In this document: positions 24,144-31,631 of the stretch, one piece after another
How positions within the stretch are numbered: position 1 is the first letter of the stretch
Layout: each line of letters begins with the position of its first letter
Source: an uncultured euryarchaeote
Lineage (GTDB): Archaea; Thermoplasmatota; Poseidoniia; Poseidoniales; Poseidoniaceae
Reading direction: 5' to 3'
DNA: 37,888 bases
Assembly (NCBI GenBank): GCA_937897005.1
Contig: CALCOQ010000255.1
Coordinates: forward strand, 1 to 37,888
Translations under genes and position numbers: made by a program
The notes under the pieces: generated by a model
What the model was told of the DNA's origin: nothing
Databases searched by the model: none
The model's input: only the letters and a program-made list of their open reading frames with translations

Positions 24144-26288
24144 ATGACAGCCAACTCGACATTGACCGTTGCCGCCCTGAAGGCGCTATGTAGGGAGAAG
24201 GAATTATCCCTAGCGGGAAGAAAGGCCGAACTTGTGAATCGGTTGTTGAAATATGGAGCGAGTAGAGAAGAGATCGGACTTCAACCATTGAGTGAAGAAA
24301 CTCTTGAAGAAGATGACATCGTTGAGGATGAAGAAGGATTGTTACTCCTTGAAGACGATGAGGATGTTGCTGTTGAGGCAGAATCCGAGACAGAAGAGGA
24401 TGAAGAGGTTCTCGAAGCAGAAGTGTTTGAAGCGGAAATGATTGATGATGACGTGATTGAAGCAGATGTGATAACTGCCGATGTCAAGGAAAAGGTTCGA
24501 GAAGATTCAGCGGACCGCACCACCGTCTCCAGTGCCCGCAGTAGATTCGTTTCGGATGGGCCCGTGTTTGATTGGAAGAAGAGTGGGGCTCTGGTGTTGA
24601 CTCTCGTGCTTCTCGGTGCGGGAGCATGGTGGTGGTTCAGCCTTGAGGCTGAGCCCTTCACTCCAGATCCTCTACGTCATGGAGATAGAATGGAATTCGC
24701 GGTAACGGGAGGAGGGCTCGTGGCAACCGAGGATTACGCTTCCAAGGTCTTCGAATGGTTCGGTTCAGAAGATGACGTGTGTGCATTGAATGTGGTATTC
24801 TCAGGCAGTGGTAGTATTGCAGTGACTGAAGGAGGTGCTGCTGATATCTCTGGAGAAATGAATGATGACAGATTAGGTTCAGTCAGTCAGGTTGGAGAAA
24901 ATGGATATTCCTGGCTGACTATGGAAAAGGAGTTACTGTATGATTTTGATGATGTACAGATTTCTCAAAGTGAAAAATCAAGTCAACTTGGATGTCTGGA
25001 GATGCCTTCCGTCAATGCCCGTATGGGAATTGATTGGACAGAATGGGTCGAGCTCAGCAGTGAGAAAAGTATTCGCTCTGAATTTGGCTACGAGTTGACA
25101 CACCCGGATGGGCATCTGCAGGGGGACTTCACAACCTTCGGGTTGAGCGGTTTCTTGGATTCATTGGATTCGGTTGGACTTGGTGCTTCGATGACCTTTG
25201 CACCATTACAGATCCATGAAGTGCTAGGGAACACGATGATTGATGAAAATGCAGCAGGAAATGTTTCAGGCTGGTCCTGGCAAGTGACTGGAAGTGAAGA
25301 GTTCGGCGAAGAGACAGCATGGAAGATACTCTTCAGGAACAAGGATCTAGAGGATAATTGCTTAGGCCATGCAACCATACATATCCTTGCAACACCATCC
25401 TCTCCTTGGGCGATCAGTCAATCCACAGACCTGTTGATAACTGGAGAAGATTCGAGTGATTGTGGGACATTGCAAGAGATATTGGGCGACTATGCGATGC
25501 CTGATGGAAGATTGGAGATGAAGATGACGATAGAGAAGACCAACATCAAACGCGGGGAACATCTAGTTGATCTAGGATACTCGTATGATTCCAAACCGGA
25601 TATCTCTTCCACAAGGCCCCCGTCTTCAGAGATGCTGGATTGGCATCTTGACAGGCATATGCCCGATGTATCCAGCAAACGCAGTCACACTCTTGAGATG
25701 GCTGTCAGTTGTGTTGGAAATGCCTCGAGCGGAGGTAACGAGGCTGAAGTCGCTCTACGAGACTATGATGCATACATCTGGAGAGCACGCGATAATCGCT
25801 CAGATGAGGGAGTGACAGAATGGAATCTCAGTTGGTTGGCAAGTGATGACACCAGTGGATGGGTGAAATTCGATGTCTCCGGAACTGGCGGAAGTGAAGG
25901 AAATTGCACATATATCGATTCAGGGGCATATGATGAGGAAGCACCTGATCATAACCGAGATGCCATTCCCGAGACTCCATCTCTAGGTTGGATGGAGACT
26001 GCAAGATGGTTGAATGGTGAGACCTTTCCAGAATTCAGTGGCGCCACAGGAATGGCTGCCATCAACGGTGAATGGAGGAGCGACATGAGACTCGGGGTGT
26101 TGGTAGCAACAACAGGTATTGAATTGCCCTCATCACTTGATTTCCTGCCGCTTAATGATGCGGGCAGAGTGACGATTGATGGAGTCAGGACCTGGGAAGA
26201 AGGAGATTGGTCCCACACCTTCTCATTCGTAGCAGATGCCAGCGATGGTGGAATGGTTGGCTGGTCTCATATACGTTCCAGTGACTGA
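24144..26288 (+). CDS. membrane protein with N-terminal SAP/HeH (Rho_N-like) motif, acidic linker, single TM and ~540-aa ectodomain
   Basis: LTVAALKALCREKELSLAGRKAELVNRLLKYG fits the SAP helix-extended-helix consensus. An Asp/Glu-rich linker follows, then a TM (ALVLTLVLLGAGAWWWF) and a large acidic domain. I chose the ATG at 24144; the track start at 24078 is a non-ATG start. Confidence 0.65.
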   Translation: MTANSTLTVAALKALCREKELSLAGRKAELVNRLLKYGASREEIGLQPLSEETLEEDDIVEDEEGLLLLEDDEDVAVEAESETEEDEEVLEAEVFEAEMIDDDVIEADVITADVKEKVREDSADRTTVSSARSRFVSDGPVFDWKKSGALVLTLVLLGAGAWWWFSLEAEPFTPDPLRHGDRMEFAVTGGGLVATEDYASKVFEWFGSEDDVCALNVVFSGSGSIAVTEGGAADISGEMNDDRLGSVSQVGENGYSWLTMEKELLYDFDDVQISQSEKSSQLGCLEMPSVNARMGIDWTEWVELSSEKSIRSEFGYELTHPDGHLQGDFTTFGLSGFLDSLDSVGLGASMTFAPLQIHEVLGNTMIDENAAGNVSGWSWQVTGSEEFGEETAWKILFRNKDLEDNCLGHATIHILATPSSPWAISQSTDLLITGEDSSDCGTLQEILGDYAMPDGRLEMKMTIEKTNIKRGEHLVDLGYSYDSKPDISSTRPPSSEMLDWHLDRHMPDVSSKRSHTLEMAVSCVGNASSGGNEAEVALRDYDAYIWRARDNRSDEGVTEWNLSWLASDDTSGWVKFDVSGTGGSEGNCTYIDSGAYDEEAPDHNRDAIPETPSLGWMETARWLNGETFPEFSGATGMAAINGEWRSDMRLGVLVATTGIELPSSLDFLPLNDAGRVTIDGVRTWEEGDWSHTFSFVADASDGGMVGWSHIRSSD

Positions 26289-26297
26289 GGGGTATGA

Positions 26298-26687
26298 ATG
26301 GCGAGAAAACTAGGGCGCGGTCTGGATGACCTGCTTGATGACAATGATGTCGACCTGCCATTCCTTTCAGCTTATGGAGAAGCATCAGGAGAGCATATCG
26401 AGGGTTCTCTGATTGCTACCGACCCACAAGAACTCCATGATGCAATGATGAGACACATGGATGGCAATATTCCAGAAGAATTCAAAATTGAGGTTGCCGA
26501 AGACGGAGTACTCCTTGATGTGAGTGGAGAGAATTCCTTGCCACTGGTGCCTTCAGATCTAGCGATGCCGGGATTCGAGAATGGGATGTTGTCCGATGAC
26601 AGAAGATCTGCCAACGTATTGATCACGGCTTGGGGTATCGAAGTCCGCAGGTTGTTGGACCGACTGTCAGAACACGCTTCACTTTGA
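26298..26687 (+). CDS. small acidic protein with a ParB-like N-terminal LGRGLxxLL peptide
   Basis: A 129-aa ORF starting 9 nt after the preceding stop. Its N-terminus is MARKLGRGLDDLLDDND. The remainder is acidic and I recognised no ParB/Srx or HTH domain. Confidence 0.55.
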   Translation: MARKLGRGLDDLLDDNDVDLPFLSAYGEASGEHIEGSLIATDPQELHDAMMRHMDGNIPEEFKIEVAEDGVLLDVSGENSLPLVPSDLAMPGFENGMLSDDRRSANVLITAWGIEVRRLLDRLSEHASL

Positions 26688-27311
26688 ATCACGAGGCACG
26701 ACTGCTGCTGCGATGATCATTGCTCCACCAGCCAGCATACTGATGGCTGGAAGAAAACTGGATTCATCGTCATCATTCGAAGATCCGTCATTCTCATCAT
26801 TCGATGGCCCATCAGGACAATCCTTGCCCCCCCACTCATCGGAATCGATATCATACCAGCATGAACTCCAAGCCTTGGCATATCCGCTTGGCGGATATTC
26901 TTCAGATTCTCCATCATCATAATCCAATGCAACTCTCCAATTCACATATGCATGGTCATCGATCGTGACCCAAGAAGTAGACCATGTTTGATTGTCGAAT
27001 GATGGTTCCGCGTCAACCCACTCTGGTGCATAACACACCCCTTCGTTAGTGCACATCTGCTTGAGGATACGAACGCTGGTGTTATTATTTGCAGCGGACT
27101 CTTCAAGAGAAATTGAAATACTCCACGTCGATTCATCTGCAACTTCTTTCGAATGACTGATGTTTGAGATTGGAGAAAATTCGAGTTCCGGTTCAACATC
27201 AACTCCTCCGGCGGCAGACACAGTGCTGCTGAAACACAGTACCAACAATGTGCTGAGCAACACCACGACGGGCTTCGACATGAACACCCGGGGAACATCA
27301 TGGGTTTTCAA
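26679..27311 (-). CDS. hypothetical secreted acidic protein with C-terminal TM anchor
   Basis: Signal peptide (VVVLLSTLLVLCFSSTVSA), a Trp/Asp-rich domain and a C-terminal hydrophobic segment with a short charged tail (FLPAISMLAGGAMIIAAAVVPRDSK). Its 3' end overlaps the convergent gene by 9 nt. Confidence 0.55.
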   Translation of the reverse strand: MKTHDVPRVFMSKPVVVLLSTLLVLCFSSTVSAAGGVDVEPELEFSPISNISHSKEVADESTWSISISLEESAANNNTSVRILKQMCTNEGVCYAPEWVDAEPSFDNQTWSTSWVTIDDHAYVNWRVALDYDDGESEEYPPSGYAKAWSSCWYDIDSDEWGGKDCPDGPSNDENDGSSNDDDESSFLPAISMLAGGAMIIAAAVVPRDSK

Positions 27312-27330
27312 TCAAACGCTGATAGGATTT

Positions 27331-27840
27331 TCAAAACTCCATGTTCCACAATTCGTCTCCAATCCAATGCAAAGTCTTCACCGCCTTGCCGCTCGTTGCC
27401 TCAACCATTTCTTCAGCACTCAAGCAGGCCCATCCAAGTGCCAATGGGCGCTTATGCTCTTGGTCTCTTATCCAAACAAGGTCGCCTTCCACTATCTCCT
27501 CATGGGCAGCATGAATCCCTGCAGCCATACAATCTGCCCCATTCATCAAGAATGGTGTGGCTCCTCTGTCCACCTCCAACCATCCTCTCATAGGAGTATT
27601 TGCCAATAATCCTCTGAGCGTCAAGGAGGCCACTAACTCACCATCTTGATTCTCAATCTCCACCGTATGCGGTTCCTTGTCCACAATCATCAATCTCCAA
27701 GGGCCATATTCTGCAATCTCAAGAAATGCATCATCGAGATTCAAATCAACACCCAAAGATTCTTCCAATGCAGCGAGAAGTGGGGCGACCTGCTTACGCC
27801 TCACCGGTCGACGTTTACGTACAACCCAATCCTTGCCCAT
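27331..27840 (-). CDS. PUA-domain RNA-binding protein (MCT-1/Tma20-like, COG2016-type)
   Basis: The C-terminal PUA pattern is VDRGATPFLMNGADCMAAGI...EGDLVWIRDQEHKRPLALGWACLSAEEM...GKAVKTLHWIGDELW. I chose the ATG at 27840 because the track start at 27954 would overlap the divergent gene. Confidence 0.7.
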   Translation of the reverse strand: MGKDWVVRKRRPVRRKQVAPLLAALEESLGVDLNLDDAFLEIAEYGPWRLMIVDKEPHTVEIENQDGELVASLTLRGLLANTPMRGWLEVDRGATPFLMNGADCMAAGIHAAHEEIVEGDLVWIRDQEHKRPLALGWACLSAEEMVEATSGKAVKTLHWIGDELWNMEF

Positions 27841-27933
27841 GTTCCTACCTGAAGGATTCCATTGATGAGGATGTCCATTGGAATGATGACATAGTGGGGT
27901 ATGACTCAAATCCGCGGCCCGCCTCCAAGGTGT

Positions 27934-28269
27934 ATGGATATCCACGAATTCCATGAAAACCGTGAACGTAGAATGGACCTGCTGATGTCAGAAGAACATC
28001 GAGGTATCAAGAGATTCCTCGCTCTGGATAGTGGCGCTTACCGCGATGATGCTCTCGATGGTAGAACCAAGGAATTGTTGGGACTCGTTGCATCGACTGT
28101 GTTGCGTTGTCAGGAATGCATCACCTATCATGCTGAAAAATGTCTTGAACGCGGATGGTCGAAGGATGAATTGCTCGACGCACTGAATGTCGCGTTGATA
28201 GTGGGGGGTTCCATCACCATCCCGCATATCCGAGAAGTCTGGGAAACAATAGCCCAGATAGATGAATGA
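27934..28269 (+). CDS. carboxymuconolactone decarboxylase / AhpD-like family protein
   Basis: CMD-family core LDGRTKELLGLVASTVLRCQECITYHAEKCLERGWSKDEL with the CxxC(x3)H motif. The start is uncertain: 27901, 27934 or 27973. Confidence 0.7.
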   Translation: MDIHEFHENRERRMDLLMSEEHRGIKRFLALDSGAYRDDALDGRTKELLGLVASTVLRCQECITYHAEKCLERGWSKDELLDALNVALIVGGSITIPHIREVWETIAQIDE

Positions 28270-28952
28270 ATGGAGGAATTCTTCTGGCAACGATTTGGTG
28301 TGCAATTCGTACCTATGCTTCTCATGCTGATGAAATGGGAGAAAGTAGTCTAACAGTACCGCAATTCTTTCTCAAACCAGAAGCTGCATTGTTGTCTTCT
28401 CCACTTGATGACCCACAGTGTATAGATATCATTGATGACGAAACGATTCAGCATGAAGTTGAACTCGTCCTCAGACTCGGACGAGATATTGACCAAGGAG
28501 AAGATGATGAGAAATTGGCCTCTGCAGTCGATGCAGTTTGTATCGGAATCGATCTAACCAACAGGCCTGCTCAATCGCGACTGAAGGCGAAAGGGTTGCC
28601 TTGGACTCGTTCCAAAGCATTCCGCAGGTCGGCGATCATTGGAGACTGGTATGAGTTGGAGGGAGATGACATCCACAGTCTCAAACATGGGTGGACTTTG
28701 GAACTCAAGGTCAATGAACAGAATAGAATGAAGGCTGGAATTGTAGAAATGACCTCTAATCCACTTGAATTATTGTCGGCTTTGAACGAGTGGGCGCCAT
28801 TGAAAAAAGGCGACCTGCTCTTCACTGGAACTCCCGCAGGTGTGGACTGGCTGAAGGATGGAGATGTCGCTGTTGCAAGGCTGAACGATGCAGATGGTCG
28901 CCTCAAAAGTTGCTTGGCCGTTGATTTCATCATACCCTCAGAATTGAAATAG
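28266..28952 (+). CDS. fumarylacetoacetate hydrolase (FAH) family protein
   Basis: FAH-family pattern: HEVELVLRLGRD, GIDLTNRPAQSRLKAKGLPWTRSKAF and GDLLFTGTPAGV. An ATGA overlap joins it to the upstream gene. Confidence 0.75.
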   Translation: MNGGILLATIWCAIRTYASHADEMGESSLTVPQFFLKPEAALLSSPLDDPQCIDIIDDETIQHEVELVLRLGRDIDQGEDDEKLASAVDAVCIGIDLTNRPAQSRLKAKGLPWTRSKAFRRSAIIGDWYELEGDDIHSLKHGWTLELKVNEQNRMKAGIVEMTSNPLELLSALNEWAPLKKGDLLFTGTPAGVDWLKDGDVAVARLNDADGRLKSCLAVDFIIPSELK

Positions 28953-28987
28953 GGATGCTGAGTCGGCGCATCCCCAGAGGGTTCATC

Positions 28988-29368
28988 ATGGCACAGTGGC
29001 ATGGCGTTTCGCGAAGAAAATCTACCGGCGGCCGCAGGGTCAAGGCTCGAGGAAAGAGAAGTACTGAAATCAGCAGTGAAAAACAACTGGCTCTCATCGG
29101 CGAATCGAAGAGAAAGATCTATCGCAATACTGGAGGAAACACTCTCGTTAGAGTACTCATGGAAGACAAAGTGAGTGTCAGCAACCCAAAGACTGGGAAG
29201 ACCGAGATGACCACCATCAAAACAGTGGTTGAGAGTCCGGCAAATCCGAATTATGTCAGGCGAAATGTACTCACTAAAGGAGCAGTCATCGACACAGAGA
29301 TGGGCCATGTGCGCATCACCAGTCGACCCGGTCATGATGGTGTCATCAACGGCGTTCTACTGGTTTGA
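28988..29368 (+). CDS. rps8e: 30S ribosomal protein S8e
   Basis: The N-terminus MAQWHGVSRRKSTGGRRVKARGKR and the internal NTGGNTLVRVL and NPNYVRRNVLTKGAVI match the archaeal S8e pattern. Confidence 0.85.
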   Translation: MAQWHGVSRRKSTGGRRVKARGKRSTEISSEKQLALIGESKRKIYRNTGGNTLVRVLMEDKVSVSNPKTGKTEMTTIKTVVESPANPNYVRRNVLTKGAVIDTEMGHVRITSRPGHDGVINGVLLV

Positions 29369-29429
29369 AGACCAGTTGTTCTCAGGCGTGGCCTTCAAGG
29401 CAGCCGCCCCCACCCGATGAGTGAGAAAC

Positions 29430-29900
29430 ATGGCACACAATCCTGACCGCATCATTCTTTGGCCGGGATACTTCAATTCTCGTTCCTCGAGAAGAAATGG
29501 TCGTCGCGTGGGTGTGGATTGTTCTGTCAAGAAACCAGACCTTGAAGGTCTTGCATGGGCCGCACGCCAAGCTGGTGTCAAGAAAATGAAACGGGAGGAC
29601 AGTATTTCTCATCCAAAGAGACCCTGGGACAAGGAAGGAAGGCTATGGGTCTCCAGAACTGCAGCTGAATCGGACCTTGGAACTGGAAAGAAAGAAGAAA
29701 TTTTACAGATAATTGGACACAAATGGCGTGAACTCAATGTCCAACGCCAGAACGAAGAAGAGGAGGCAAACAGGAGAGGACCTCGAACTGGGGATAAACG
29801 AGCAAGGGCACAGCGAAAGACAAGTGGTGCTGCAAAACAAGCCGCGGCCCGAGCCCAGAAGAGCAGGCAACAACGCGGGCGTAAAAAATGGAAAAATTGA
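29430..29900 (+). CDS. srp19: signal recognition particle protein SRP19 with a basic C-terminal extension
   Basis: IILWPGYFNSRSSRRNGRRVGVDCSVKKPDLEGLAWAARQAGV aligns by eye with archaeal SRP19 (compare IIWPSYIDKKKSRREGRKVP...). The ATG at 29430 lies within the track ORF, which starts at the GTG at 29421. Confidence 0.8.
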   Translation: MAHNPDRIILWPGYFNSRSSRRNGRRVGVDCSVKKPDLEGLAWAARQAGVKKMKREDSISHPKRPWDKEGRLWVSRTAAESDLGTGKKEEILQIIGHKWRELNVQRQNEEEEANRRGPRTGDKRARAQRKTSGAAKQAAARAQKSRQQRGRKKWKN

Positions 29901-30011
29901 CGGATTCAGGGTTATTGTACTGATTTCGAACTTTGTGATGATTCTCCCCACCATAATGCCGACATAACCTTGAATGGTGTGCAATGCACCCCTTCGCGAA
30001 GGGGGGGGCGT

Positions 30012-31199
30012 ATGAGTGAGCAACTTGCAGTGAGTGGGGTTGAACAATCTTCTCAGGAGCCTCTCCTCGATTCACAAACTGAAGAGAAGAGTTCTGTACT
30101 GTTCGTTTCTGCTTCAGATGTTGAACGGCATACCTACTGTCCATTGTCCTGGCATTTGTCTCGTCAAGGCGTGAATGCTTCAGGAGAAGGTGTGCAAGAA
30201 GGTATCACCAAACATTCTGAAATCAATGAGCAGATGCTTGAGTATCAAAATGCTCGTTCAGACTTGAGGCGTCAAATAACCATCTGGACCTGGTGGTTCG
30301 GTATCATCATCGCATATTCCATCGATGCTGTGGCGTTCTTTTCATTGACAAGTGCATTCCCCCCAACTGACCTCGCCAGATATCTGGTGTTACTCGCGTT
30401 AGTCTGGCTGGCCCTTTCTATCACATTGATCTTGGTTCCATGGAGAGAATGGTTCGGATGGGACACTCCAATACAATCTCTGGAGAAGGGCCTCAAGGTC
30501 TGGGTTGAAGAACATTCGATCACGAGTGTCATTCAGGGTCCTGACTTCGAGGGAGGGTGGACCAAAGGAGGGCGAATCGAGGCTTCTTTGATGCTAGGAG
30601 CGATTGTGTTGACAATCCACGGAGTAGCTTTGTGGGGGGTGAAGAACCGAGAACAGGCTGGGTTCATTCTATTGATGGTCGCAATGCTCTGGACTCTTTT
30701 CTCCTCATGGAGGTTACAGCAGGCACTGGTGGCTGATGTTGTGGCAAATCACTCCATTGGAGAGACAGGACTGAAAGATGGTTCAGAAGTTGTGTTCAGT
30801 GATGAGGGTGGAGATGCGGGGATTCTCATTGATGAAGAACTCGGATTACGAGGGAAACCAGACCAAATCATCGTTGTTGATGGTGATTTCATTCCACTTG
30901 AACAGAAGACTGGCAGGATTCCAAAGAGCCCTTTTGCATCGCATAAGATGCAATTATTGGCATATCTGAAATTGATTGATGCCAACACCTCAATTCGTCC
31001 ACCTTATGGGGTACTGAGATATGGCAAGGATGAGTTGCATCAAATTGATTGGGACGAAGAATCTGAACAGACATTGATAGACTCGGTGCATGAAATTCAA
31101 CGATTGATGCGTGAAGGAGGGGCGACACGGAATCATGAGAGACCTGGAAAGTGTAAGAATTGCTCACGTAGACACGGTTGTTCAGAATCACTCGTCTGA
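30012..31199 (+). CDS. Cas4/DUF83-like PD-(D/E)xK nuclease with 4-Cys cluster motif, interrupted by a four-helix transmembrane insertion
   Basis: Motifs in ORF-track numbering: HTYCPLSW (C57), GITKHSE, LGLRGKPDQIIV (D298), PLEQK (E311/K313), QLLAY and CKNCSRRHGC (CX2CX5C). Four hydrophobic helices lie between residues ~103 and 247. The ATG at 30012 follows a G8 tract. Confidence 0.7.
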   Translation: MSEQLAVSGVEQSSQEPLLDSQTEEKSSVLFVSASDVERHTYCPLSWHLSRQGVNASGEGVQEGITKHSEINEQMLEYQNARSDLRRQITIWTWWFGIIIAYSIDAVAFFSLTSAFPPTDLARYLVLLALVWLALSITLILVPWREWFGWDTPIQSLEKGLKVWVEEHSITSVIQGPDFEGGWTKGGRIEASLMLGAIVLTIHGVALWGVKNREQAGFILLMVAMLWTLFSSWRLQQALVADVVANHSIGETGLKDGSEVVFSDEGGDAGILIDEELGLRGKPDQIIVVDGDFIPLEQKTGRIPKSPFASHKMQLLAYLKLIDANTSIRPPYGVLRYGKDELHQIDWDEESEQTLIDSVHEIQRLMREGGATRNHERPGKCKNCSRRHGCSESLV

Positions 31200-31259
31200 A
31201 TGCGTCTTTCCAGATATTGCTCTCGCAACTGTGATAGAGGTGCTCATCATCAGAGGTTC

Positions 31260-31631
31260 ATGCAAGAGTATTGCATCAAACTACCAGACAAACCCGGCCA
31301 GATGGCTGACTTGTGCGAAGCATTGGCTGCAGAAAATATCAACCTCCTGACCGCCACTGCATTGACAGCCACAGGTGCAGTTGTTGCTCTGGTCACCGAT
31401 GATGAAGTAGGAACCACAGGAGTTCTAGACCGCCTTGGACATGAGTATCATGTCAGTGAAATACTGTTGGTGACAATGCCTCACCAACCTGGTTCGTTGG
31501 CAGCATTATCGCGTACAATGGGTAATGCTGGCATCAATATCAATTCAATATACATCATGAGCAAGGATGATGACAAGGCAGTCATCGCTTTCACTGCTGA
31601 CGATGTAGAGGCAGCACGTGAAATGATTTGA
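31260..31631 (+). CDS. ACT-domain protein (tandem ACT-like halves)
   Basis: The two halves are IKLPDKPGQMADLCEALAAENINLL...VALVTDD and VTMPHQPGSLAALSRTMGNAGININSIYI...AVIAFTADD. I chose the ATG at 31260; the track start is 31200. Confidence 0.65.
   Translation: MQEYCIKLPDKPGQMADLCEALAAENINLLTATALTATGAVVALVTDDEVGTTGVLDRLGHEYHVSEILLVTMPHQPGSLAALSRTMGNAGININSIYIMSKDDDKAVIAFTADDVEAAREMI

Noticed and set aside
24290-24480. A GA-rich repetitive stretch that might be a DNA-level repeat or regulatory element
   Set aside because: It is simply the codon signature (GAA/GAG/GAT) of the Asp/Glu-rich linker of the SAP-TM protein, with no exact tandem unit.
28571-29335. A 254-aa minus-strand ORF spanning the FAH-family gene and rps8e
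   Set aside because: It overlaps two plus-strand genes with clear family signatures (FAH motifs and the S8e N-terminus). It has no recognisable motif or sensible start context.
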